DNA from: Eledone cirrhosa
Taxonomy: Eukaryota
Length of the DNA: 64,000 nucleotides
NCBI GenBank assembly: GCA_964016885.1
Contig: OZ024742.1
Location: 159,464,001-159,528,000, forward strand
Direction of reading: 5' to 3'
Positions 36,907 to 49,200 of this stretch are shown here, one piece after another. Position 1 is the stretch's first letter; each line of letters starts with the position of its first letter. A model generated the notes under the pieces. That model had not been told where the DNA came from. It ran no database searches and worked only from the letters and a program-made list of their open reading frames with translations. A program made the position numbers and the translations under genes.

Positions 36907-37662
36907 ATACATACATACATACATACATACATATAATATAAGTACACAAAATATTTACAATAATATATTTTTGATGAAGCATTTAAAAATATGTGAATAG
37001 AATTTTGGGGGTATGCCAGTACAATTCACGTTAAAAATAAAGCATTGAAAACTGAAGTAAATTAAAGTTAAACAAAGTAAACAAAACATTTTACACTTTT
37101 ACCATATATTTCTTGATATTCAAAAAAGGAAATGGAGTGCTTCACAGATCATCACAATCAGATTTTATATCTTTGCTTGTGTCTGAATTGGTTTTCTTAA
37201 AACAATTCTAGCAAGAATAATATATTTTACAACGAGACATAAACCCCTAGATATTCGAGGTGCCTTTTGTTTTCCAAATCTGAAAGGAAAGAAAGGTTTG
37301 AATTGAAAATTGTAATTACAAACATTCAAAACGTTCTTGACTGTTTAAACCAAAATTAAATATCTGATGAGGACAATAAATATTTGAGGAACTGTATTAA
37401 ACAGCAGTTACTAAAGACTTTAAAAAAGTATAATAAATGTACGTAATTAAATCAATTTTCTGACAATGGGTACAGAGTTAGTTTAATTACAGTGACAAGG
37501 AGCAAATATGATATGTATTTTGGCTACACGGATTCAGTGTTGATTTCCTGACATTGGAAATACATTTTAAAGGCAATCCTTGGGGAATAATGTTTGATTA
37601 ATATTAATTTCATATATTAATTTCTGCTGAAATATAAAGACTTTATTCCAAATGTATATTTG

Positions 37663-37800
<138 letters not shown>

Positions 37801-38336
37801 TTCAAAACAGGGGGATGCATAGGACAAAGAAAATGGAAAAAACAATGGAAAAACGGTCAGTCCCTTTTCCTCAGTCAACATCTGGAAATCAGAATAGTTC
37901 AATGCATCAATGTTGATACTAGTCATTCCACTTTACATATATACATTTAGTGAGACCTCGACGCCTAACAGTTTTGGCTTGTATTCGTCAAGCCTTTTGG
38001 AATAAAGAATTGCGGTATAAAGAATTTTGCTTGAATTTTTGTAGGAAGCCGTTTGGTGGAATGTATTGAATTAAGTCACTTGCTGGGTTGGTTAGCCACT
38101 GGTGGTAGATTATGGTCAGAGTACTCCCCTGGTTTGTGGTATCACCTCACGCACCTAAGTCTCGAAGACAAGAAATTTCGTTTAATACACCCTATGAACT
38201 CAACGTCGCTTCTAACATTCCAAAACGTTTTAGTATTTTAGAAAAATATTTTACACCTGAACAAATATACCGTAAAGTAACAAGAATACTGAAAAGATAT
38301 TCTTCTCCACAACAGCTTGCCTGGCTGATTATATAG

Positions 38337-38370
38337 CACTAGCAGTGGTACCCGGCGTTGCACGGGATAA
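38337..38370 (-). mobile_element. Helitron-type 3' terminus
   Basis: Minus strand CCCGTGCAACGCCGGG hairpin followed by ...CTAG-T. Confidence 0.55.
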
Positions 38371-38519
38371 GGTATTTTGGAACAGACCTAATCGCCAACA
38401 GACCTAATCGTGAAAAAACTGCATGCCTGGACAATATCTGAAGAAAATAAACCGAATACTTTGATGGCTGGATAATCTTTAAGATTTTCCTCGATGAAGC
38501 AGAAAAAATGCAGGTTTTC

Positions 38520-40345
38520 ACCTAATACGGGCTCTAGGGGATCAAGAAAATGAATTTTTTTATGTGCATAATATGCCTTGAAATTTTGGGAAAATTGGCT
38601 AGACGTAACGCCTCAAAAAAGCCCTAAAAAGCTGAAAAATTGAAGTTTTTCACATAGTCCATAAAAAAGTTGAATTTTTTTTGCTCACGGTATAAAGAAG
38701 AGACTGACATAGTTACAATTTCAAGGAAATCAGTCTGACGTAACGCCTCAAAAAACCCCCTAAAAACATGAAAAAACACATTTTAAAAAAAATTTATCAG
38801 TTCATATAATTAAATCAACAGAGTATATATTTATTTTATTACACAAGCTTATCAAAAGCAAACAAGTAAAAACAAATAACACTTATAAAGCCACCTATAC
38901 ACGTCAGAAATGACTGGATTTCCTGGATTTGCGGTTGTAGTCCAGGTCGCATTCCCGCACTAGCCCCCAGATATAGTCCCCCATCATTTTTTCATTGTGG
39001 TGGCCCTGGTACCTCCGCTCTATCTCTTTCACATCTTGGTGGAATCGTTCGCCTTGTTCTTCTGAGTAGGCGCCTATATTGTCCTTGAATCTTTCCAGTT
39101 CAGCGTCCAGCATATGGAGTTTAAGCGACGTCCTGCATCCCATGGCGCCAAAAGATCCTTTATCAGATCCTGCACCAGTTGCTGGTAGTTTTCAGCTCTG
39201 TAGTTGCCCAGGAAGCCCTTAACAACTGCCTTGAAACAGTTCTATGCTGTTCTCTCAATCCTATTGGAGAACTCGGTAGACTCAAACACCTTCTTTATCT
39301 AAGGTCCAACAAAAATTCCACCTTTGATTTTGGCCTCAGATAACTTGGGGAAGAACTCAAGAAGGTACTTAAAAGCGGCTGATTCTTGGTTGAGAGCCTT
39401 CACAAACTGCTTCATCAACCCCAACTTAATGTGCAGTGGCGGCATGAGCATAATCCTAGCATCAACCAGTGGCTCCCACATGACGTTCCGGGTCCCAACT
39501 ACAAATTCTGTTCGCTGCTCCCAGTTCTTTCTTTTGTAGTGGTCAGAAGTGGCTCTGCTGTCCCAAAGGCAGAGGAAGCATTGGAATTTGATAAAGCCTC
39601 CTTGGAGTCCAAGCAGGAAAGCCACCATCTTGAAGTCTCCAATGATTTCCCAATTGTACTGGTTGTATTGCAGAGCTTCCAAGAGGACTTTCACACTGTA
39701 GTAATCTTCCTTCAGGCAGACTGAATGAGCTAGGGGTAGTGTCGGGAACTTGTTTCCATTGTGGAGGAAGACAGCCTTCAAACTTGCGGTGGATCTGTCT
39801 ATAAATAGCCGCCACTCCTAGGGAACAAACGGCACCCAATAACGGCAAACAGTCCAGGCACGTCATGGCAGAAGCAGAGGCTATCTCTAAGAGTGTAAAA
39901 GGTTCGTGTCGACTTCTCTGACTTGTCACCTGCACTTCCTCCTTGACCAAGTTCCACTGCTTCATCCTGGAGACGAATGCTTAAAACACAACTTACCCTT
40001 TATTCAGGGTGCGAAAATCCAGTATCAATAAATCTCTTTAATCCATTTTTTAATAATTTTATACTCTATTGCACTTTTATAATTTTCTTTAGGTATTACT
40101 CTTTATTTTATAATTTTAATTTAACCTGAAACATATATAAAAAAAAAAATCATTTAATATAAGCAAATTAAACTTACATACAACGTAAAATCCAGCATAC
40201 AAATAATTCTAGTTTAAAATTTTTACAAACCCAAAATTTTAACTGTTTAATAGCATTTTTTTATTTATTTATTTGGGACCTAAGCAACACAAAAAAGTGA
40301 TTACAAGCCAAGAACAGAGAAATAAATTTTTTTTGTTACACGGTG
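38520..40345 (-). mobile_element. Chapaev3-like (CMC) DNA transposon remnant
   Basis: Transposase motifs GDFKMV..LGLQGG, CFLCLWDSR, PLHIKLGLMKQFVKAL, LHML..SEEQGERFHQD. Terminus CACCGTGTAACAAAA at 40345, flanked by TAA. Subterminal GACGTAACGCCTCAAAAAA repeats at ~38602 and ~38737. Left boundary uncertain. Confidence 0.7.
38904..39975 (-). pseudogene. Chapaev3-like transposase, C-terminal half
   Basis: ORFs 39543-39965, 39299-39781, 38904-39143. Confidence 0.75.
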
Positions 40346-40508
40346 TAATCATTAATTGTCCGCACCGCCTCTCGTATTCCGTTTTCAATAGAATTAATGA
40401 CCCTACCCGATAATTTTATATGCATGCACATATGTGTATCTAACAGTATATGCAGGTATATGTATGTCTATGTATGTTCGACTATCTATCTATCTATCTA
40501 TCTATCTC

Positions 40509-43500
40509 CCTATTTGCCTGACGCGTGGAACATCGCCGGTAAGCTTTTTTTGTAAATTTCTATACAAAAAACTGAACAAATTGTTTGAAAAACATATCAT
40601 TTTGCTGAATTGTCAGCTGGGTGGTAATCCTATTTTTCGCCCCTTTAGGTGCGAAAATTTAATTTAAAAATTGTTTTAAAAAATCAAATTTTGCTAACTA
40701 TAAAACATGAACATTAACGTTAACGTTAACATAAACGTTAACAGAGAGAAGAGAGGTAGAGAGGCAGATATTAACGTTATATCTGCTTCTGCTACTATGG
40801 ACGTCGCCATGGATACGACTGTCAACAAAGAGAAAAAATATTACCACTTGAAGATTTTAAAATTTCTACCGTCGAAGCGGAGAAAAACAAAACACAGGAA
40901 AACACAGGAATTAAACCTATTAACATACAAACACATGAAAAAGACAACAACAACAACTCCATAGATACATCTACACATAAAGTTTCACCTCGTCAAGAAA
41001 TTGAGATTTCCAACACCGAGGCTAACAAAGATAACAACAACAACAACAACAACAGCAACACCACAAAAAAATGTCTTTCGCTGAAACAGTGAACAAAAAA
41101 CAAGATTTTATAAATTTTGACATCTCCAATGCAAGAGATAAGGGAGAAAATTTGTAACTTTCGAAGACAAGGGTGGGTTTAGAATTAACTCACCCCTTGA
41201 AATAAAAGAAGAGACAGTTCGAAGGACAGTGACCTTCATGACTGTCTCCAACACAACGAGAAAGCCAATATTTGTTAGTCAAGGAGACATAGAAGCCACC
41301 TTGAAGGAGACTAGCAAATATTGACTTTCTCCAACGAGGAAAACAGTACGGAAGTGTTTCCGTACTGTTTAAAAGCGAGGCTCTCGCCCCAAAACATTCA
41401 GTGACACCAATGGTGTCAAAAGCATTCACCTTTTTCCCTACGAAAAAGGACAAAAAAATATATATATACCACCAAACATTAACATCTGGTGGATCTTGGC
41501 TAGCTTCGTGGAACCAGAGACTGATGCTATTCTTTCAATACGAAAGTATTTTAGACAAAGGTGGGCGGGTACTGATTTGGAGATTCTGATACAAATGAGG
41601 CCGGAGAGAATCTCCAAAATACCCGAAAAAGTCGTCATCGACGACAACAACAAAATAAACATTTCGGTAGAGGGTCGTAAATTTCATTGCTTTCGCTGTG
41701 GTAGCACAGCACACCTAAAAGCCTCCTGTCCTTCACAAACACACCACAACAACATCATTAAAAAAACACTATTACCAACACCAACACCAAAACAACCACC
41801 ACCACAAGTAAAACAACAGATGAAACGAGCAAACACACCAAAACAAACAGCCACTCAACCAACAACAACAGAAAAAACACAGACAACATCCCTGAAGAAC
41901 ACAGCCCCCACCATCCCACTCCATCAAACACTACCACAAACACACACACCGAAACACCACCACCACACAACATACTCCTACCCCACACTCCTGACGATGA
42001 TTATTCATCGACAGATGAGGCTGCTTCTCCTTCTTTAAGTGAAGAAGAAGGAGAGCCTCGGAAATCTAAAAAACAAAAAAAGAGACACCACAAAACCCCC
42101 AAAACTCCAATCACCAACACCAACACACAACCACAGACACAAACAACAACACAAACAACACCACAGTCAAACATCCCCCTACCAGCAAAACCAACACCAA
42201 CACCACCCCAAACACAAGCACCTACCATAAAAAGAAAACTCCCGGACGAACAACAAACTAAAACAACACAACAAAAACACAAACAACAATACGCATACAT
42301 CAACACAAACAACAAGAGTTTGATGGAGGTCATCTCCCCAAACCCCAAGGTGGAGACAGAGGGTAAAACTTTCGTCAAAGCAGAATCGTCTCCACACCTA
42401 AAGCTAATAAGGCTTTCGATAGAAACCTATCAGAAATTGAAAGAACAATTTTCGCAGGATGTTGGCAACCCCTGTCAAAAACCTATTAACCGTGTCTTAT
42501 TAAAATGTTTCCCCACCACACCAACACCCCCACCAGACCTGAAATGGAGATTGAACAACCCGATCTCCAGGAAACGAAAAAGTAAGTGCACCTTTTCGTC
42601 CTTTTCGCCAACTCTTCTCCACCAACATGGCTAGTTTACGAGTTGGAAGCGTGAATGTGCGTGGCCTAGGGATGCCCTGGAAACAGGGCCCACTTTTAAA
42701 CGACCTTAGGTCACACTATGGATGTGATAGCCATAACCGAGTCCAGGATCCACAACAGGTAGCAACTAACCCCCATCTTCGACGACTTTGAGATCTACGC
42801 ATCTCTCTGTCAGCCAGGAGGTGGAGGGGGAGTGGCTGTCATGTTTCGGAAGAACCTGGATGTCGAAGTACAGCAAGTACACTTGGAACCGGAGGGTAGA
42901 GTGGTAGTCCTAGACGTGAACAGTATTGGAGGTGGAGCCTTCAGACTGGTGGCCATTTATGCCCCGACCGGGCAATCGCAATCACGGCCAGACTTCTTTA
43001 AGCGTCTAGAGTCTTTTCTGGGAACATCTCGCTCCTTACTTTTAATGGGGGACTGGAATGGTATCCGAGATGCACGATGGGACTATGTGGGAGCATGTCC
43101 CAGTAGAGGGGGGGGGGGGGGGGTGCAACAGCCCCAAAACTTTAATCGGCCATTTCCAACTGGCCGATAGGTATCGACTGGATTTCCCGACTGCACCACA
43201 GTGGACGCAGCAGGACATCTAGATCGTATTTAGATAGGTTCTTCATTAGAGAAAGGGAAAGGAGATGTTAAGCTGTCGACGAATGCACATTGTTGCCCGC
43301 TCAGATCACAAATTAGTCATCTGCTTAGTCAACCATGATAGAATACATAGACAGGGACCCGGATACTGGAAGCTGAACGTGTCGTTGCCGGCACGTAAAG
43401 CTTACAGTGAACGGATAAGTAGACTAGTCAAGCAACAGTTAACGAGAGCCATCGTCAACAACAGATGGTGGTACTCTCTCAAGAAAGCAATTAGAGTAGA

Positions 43501-46206
43501 ATCGATAGAGTTTAGCAGAGAGTTAGCCTTAGAGAAAAACAAAATAGAAAGAGAACTAGTAGCCAAGGTAGAGGAGGCACTTAGAAGTGGCAACGCGGCT
43601 AGAGTGTTAGCGTCGAAAACGGCACTGGACCAGTTCTTCGACCCGAAACACGAAGGCTGCGTGGTCAGAAGCAAAACACGTGCTCTAGGAAGCGGAGGAG
43701 CGAAAGCTGTCAGCTGGGCCCGAGTGGCGGAGGCAAAAAGTGGCAACAAGTCCACGATTCGATCTTTGAAAGACCAAAACGGACGCGTGCTACTTGACCC
43801 CAAGCGAATGTGCGCGGCCTTTCAGCAGCACTTTGCGTGACTGTTTGAGCAGAACGACGGTGAGCCGAACAGGGCAATGGACTTTAGTTCATACCTCGAC
43901 GGCTTGCCGCCTCTCTCGAACACGGACGCCGAGTTCTGCGAAAGATCGATCACGGACACTGAATACGGGACCCTCTAGGCCGCTGCGGGAAACGCAAGTC
44001 ACCCGGTCAAGATGGTCTACCCTATGAGTTTTACATAGGCATGCCGGACTTGTTCTCTGGCATCCTCGAGGCCATCTACTGCAATTGGCAGCAGAACGGG
44101 AGAATTCCCAGTTCTGCAGGCAAGGGCGTAGTAACGCTGATCAGGAAAGACGAGAACAAGGGGGACGAAATTAACAACTTCAGGCCCATAACTCTGCTCA
44201 ACACAGAATTAAAGATTTTGGCCAAGCTACTAGCGACGAGGTTGGCGCTTGTCGTCAAGAACCTGGTAGGGAAAGCGCAAACGTATGCAATCCCAACCAG
44301 GTCCATACACGACAACCTCCACCTCATACGATACATCATAGAGAGGGTGGGCAATAAACCCGGCTTCGGTGGAGCTCTGATCAATTTGGATCAGTCTAAG
44401 GCATTCGATAGGGTCGACCATCGATACTTGGAAGCGGTTCTCAAAGCGGCCGGTTTCGGTCCCGTTTTCAGAGGCTGGATCGAGGCGATGCACACCAGCA
44501 TCTGCTCGAGGGTCAAGGTGAACGGCTACATCGGAGCCGTTCGCAATCACGCATTCCATTCGACAGGGATCTCCTCTCTCCTCCATTCTGTATGTATTGA
44601 CTCTAGAGCCACTACTGCGGAAATTGGAGCTGTTGCAGGGCATTCCTCTAGAATCGGGACTGCGCAAAGCGGCGTCGGCTTATGTCGACGACGTCACGGT
44701 GATGGTGTCGAGCACCTCGGAAATTGGGGTGATCGGCAACTTACTGAAAGAATACGAAACGCTGACGGGAGCAAAAATAAACCCGGACAAGTCTGTCGGT
44801 TTGCAACTCGGTACGTGGAGAAGCAAACCGATGACGGCCGACAGGTGAAGCTGCTCGGGTTCTGGTTCGGTTCAGACCTCCAGGTGGAGAAAAACTGGAA
44901 CGAGGTAACGGCCAATGTGTTTGCGCTCACCCAGAAGTGGGCAGAGTGCAAACTGTTCTTGAAAGGTCGAGCGGAGGTGGCGAACACTTTCATAGCGTCC
45001 GTCATCTACTACCGCTTGACTGTCGTGCCTTGTCCCCGTGAACACCTCGCCAAGATGGAACGCATGCTCTTCCAGTTTCTGTGGAAGAAGCAGGCTCCGC
45101 AGGTGAGGAAATCCGTCTGCTGTCAGCATCCTTCCAACGGAGGGCTGGGAATGCCGTGGCTGATGATGCGCTGAGGCTGCGGTCTCTCAGGCATTCCTCA
45201 CCGACCCCCAACCGGTGTGGGCACCGTTTTTGAGACAGGCTTTCCCACAGCTCGTCTCGCTGACGGAGATGCAGTCCTGGGTCAAGAAAAGACCGAAAAC
45301 GATGGGCGCCTGGCACATTGAATGCGCTCAGGCGCTCACAGTACACTGGCAAGCGGCACAGCAATCAGTGGAGACTCCACTTCGACATTCTATAGAGGGA
45401 TTGTACGTTACAAGGGCGACGACGTGCTCGGAGAGACTCTGGGCGTCGAAGATGATGAGCTCACCAGTCTGTTTGGTAGAACTTTCCGCCCGGGACCTAT
45501 GGACAACTTTGTGACAAGATCTACAGGCACGGACGCCCCGGCAGGGATCCTTCCAAGAGGACGTGTCCAAGATGCGCGCAGGACATTCAAACCGTCCTGC
45601 ACGCAATTGTACACTGCCCGGGCGTAACCGACCTGTGGAACTATGCAGAACAACTGTTGTCGCGTATGGGACAAATCCAGTTGCCTGCCGAGTCCATAGT
45701 AAGGATCAAACCGCCAGCCTCTTTCAAAAACGAAAGAGAGGCGGTTTTCCTCTGTACAGTTGCTATGGTAAAAGAAGTTATATGGTGGATGAGATTGAGA
45801 GGACTGAGGACAGATGCCTTTCTCTCCGGACAATTGATTCCCTTCTTTAAGTATCACTTTAGAAGGAGAATCAGAGTGGAGAGAGAGGCACTGCACCCCC
45901 GTAAATTTACTGAAAGGTGGGTGAATGAAGCGAAAATGGCCCGAGTGATTGGGCCTTCTCTGTTTATAAGCCTGTAGGTTAAAGAAGAGAGCAAAAGGAA
46001 GAAAGGAGAACTTGCACAACACGCTCCTGGAGCTGAGGGTTGTTCTATCGACGGGGTATTAAACAACCCATTTGTGGCGCTTTCCCCCCTATTGGGGATT
46101 GTTGTAATTGTTTGTTTTATATTTTTTTACACGACTGTATGTAAAATCCCCGGCATGTCTTTGTATTGTCCCCTTTTCTTGTGCGCCCTTGTGGCAAATA
46201 AAGAAA
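40509..46206 (+). mobile_element. L1/Tx1-clade LINE, near full length, decayed (copy 2, divergent subfamily)
   Basis: ORF1 CFRCGSTAHLKASC; ORF2 from ATG 42627 with APE, RT (YVDD) and C-terminal domain; (TCTA)n at 40483-40507 and 46207-46250. Confidence 0.93.
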
Positions 46207-46250
46207 TCTATCTATCTATCTATCTATATATCTATCTATCTATCTATATC

Positions 46251-49200
46251 TCATTCGCCTATCTGGGATGGACACACGCGTGAAACTTGCTGGGTAAATT
46301 CTGCCTAAATTTCTATAGAAATTCCTAACTGTGAACTTTCATTTTTATACCAATTTGTAGAGGGACTGCCAGGTCAAATTTTGATCTGGTCAGTCTCTCA
46401 AAATATTCTACGCCTTTAGGCGAAATAGTACATAAATGTTTTTTTTTGGAAAAGCTAACATTTAAAAAAAATGGCTGAAGCTTCTTCACCAACATTCGAA
46501 GGAAGAAAGGGGAAAATATGCTTACAGCTTCCCCTGCCACTGTCATGGTAGCAGATGTCAAAGACAAAGGTCAGCCAGAGGAAGGAATTTCTCCACCTGG
46601 TGACCGACATCTTGACGTTGCCATGGCAACAAACCAAAACAACACAACCAGCGGCACCAGCAAGAACAATAACAACAATGCTATGAACGAAAACAACTTC
46701 ACAAATGAATTCCGCAACCATAGATCAAGCAATTGAGAACTACAAAAACAACAACAACAACGACAACAATGACAACAACAACAACAATGATGACAACAAC
46801 ACCAACCGCAGCAACAATAATGACAACAACACCAACAAGAACAACTCCACATACAATGAAAAAAGGTTTCGTTTGCACAAACTGTCTAAAAGGCAGAACT
46901 ATATACGCAGATTGACATCTCTAATGCCGGAGAATTGCTAAGAGATGCCAAGCAATATATAACTTTTGGGGAGAATGGCGCTTTTAGCATCACTTCTCCC
47001 CAAGAATTGCGTAGAGATACTGTCCTGAAAACCATAGTTTTTAGGACAATCTCAAATACCACCAGAAAACCAGCTCAATTAACTCAAAACGAAATTGAGC
47101 TGGTTCTAAGAAACTCCATGAAGGACATTACCTGCATACAGAAGGGAAAAATCTTCGGGAGTTTATCAATAATAATGAAAGACCAATTGACGGCACAGAA
47201 ATATTCTGTGTCGCCAATTGTGTCCCCCCTCTACACCTTTTTCCACACATACATGGGAAAAAGGACCCCAAAAATAAAAGTAACAAATATCACACCAAAT
47301 GTAAACATGTGGTGGATATTAGCTGGTTTCATCAATTTTGATGAAGATACAGTAATTTCGGTAGGAAAGTCCTCCAGGGCCATATTCAACGGTACAAGCT
47401 TAGAAGTTCTGGTCCAAATGAGACCAGAACGGATAGCTAGAATACCACAACGTGCCTCTGGATGGAAATTCCTACATAAACATTTCTGTTGAGGGTAGGC
47501 GGCCTTCATGTTACCACTGTTTAAGCAGTGTCACCTGAGGGCCTCCTGTCCTCAATTAACTGCATTAAAAAAAGGCACTACTGCCGACACCCAACACAAC
47601 ACAACCACCACCACAACACATAAAAACAAACCAAACTGCAAACACAGTCCCACCCAACCCCTCCCCATCTAAAACAACTCCAGAAACATCCACACACATA
47701 ACAGCTTCCCAACAACACGGATGAGGCCTCATCATCGTCACCCAGTGACGATGAGGGAGAGCCTTTCCGACAAGTAAAAAGAAAAAAGAAAAGACATAAC
47801 ACAAACAAAAATGCAACAAACACACAAACACCAATACAAGCGACGCAAACAGCACAACCCCCCCCCCGAAAACAATACACCTACTACAAGACGTAAACAC
47901 ACACAAGAACCACAGAAAAAAAGCAACACAACACAACAAAAATGTTACACCTACATAAATACTAACAATAAAACTTTAACGGACACCATATATAAAAACT
48001 CTTCGGTGGTGACCGAAGGGAAAACTTTTACACACTCTTCGGAGAATCCTAATCTTAAAATGATTAGGACCTCCATGGACCCGCATAAACAGTTAAAAGA
48101 AAAAATTCCTAACGACGTAGGTAACCCCTGCGTCAAACCCTATAACCGCGTCCTTTTGAAATGTTTCCCCACCCTCACCCAGACACTCCCACCCCAGACA
48201 CCCTAACCCCACCTGACACCCCCTCCCCACCAAACATCTCCGTCCCCACCCCGCCAGAGACCACCACCAAACAACCCCTCCAACACCCCCATGGAAATTG
48301 TGCAGCCTGGTCCCCAGGAGACGAAGAGGTGAGTGATTTCTTTTCCTCTTCTTTTAACTTTTCAGCACCAACATGGCCAATATAAGAGTTGGATGTATGA
48401 ATGTACGCGGCCTGGGGATGCCCTGGAAACAGGGAAAACTCTTAAACGACCCCAGGTCGCACAGTATGGATGTAGTAGCCATTTGCGAGTCCAGGATCCA
48501 CAGCGAGCGACAACTGGCCCCCATCTTCGACGACTTTGAGATCTACGCATCTCTCTGTCAGCCGGGAGGTGGGGGTTGGGTTGCCATTTTGCTGCGGAAA
48601 CACCTGGACCTCGTAACACAGACGGTACATTTGGACTCGGAGTGTCGACTGGTGGTCCTAGACGTTGGCGGTAGTGAAGGTGGCGCCTTCAGGCTGGTGG
48701 CCGCATATGCCCCATCCGGGACACCGCGGCAAGACTTCTTCAAGCGTCTAGAGACTTTTCTGGGAACGTCCCGCTCCTTGCTGTTAGTGGGGGACTGGAA
48801 TGGAATCCTAGATGCACGTTGGGACTATGTGGGAGCATGTCCCGATAGAGAGGGGGTGGGGGTGGGTGTAACAGCCTCAAACAGTTAATCGGCCGATTTG
48901 ACTTGGCCGATAGATATCGACTAGATTTTCCGACTGTGCCACTATGGACCGTGGACTAATGGCAGCGGAACATCTAGATCGTAACTAGATAGGGTTCTAG
49001 TTAGAAAGAAGGATAGGGACATGTTAAGCTGTCCACAAATATTCATGGTTGCCTATTCATATCACAAATTAGTGACCTGCTTAGTCAACCTTGACAAAAC
49101 CCATAGACAGGGACTCGGCTACTGGAAGCTGAACTTGTCGTTACCGACATGCAAAGCCTACAGTAGACGGATTAGCACTTTAGTTAAGCAGCACTTGACG

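Noticed and set aside
37364-37405. CTGATGA hammerhead-like core
   Set aside because: No pairing P2 followed by GAAA, and no P1.
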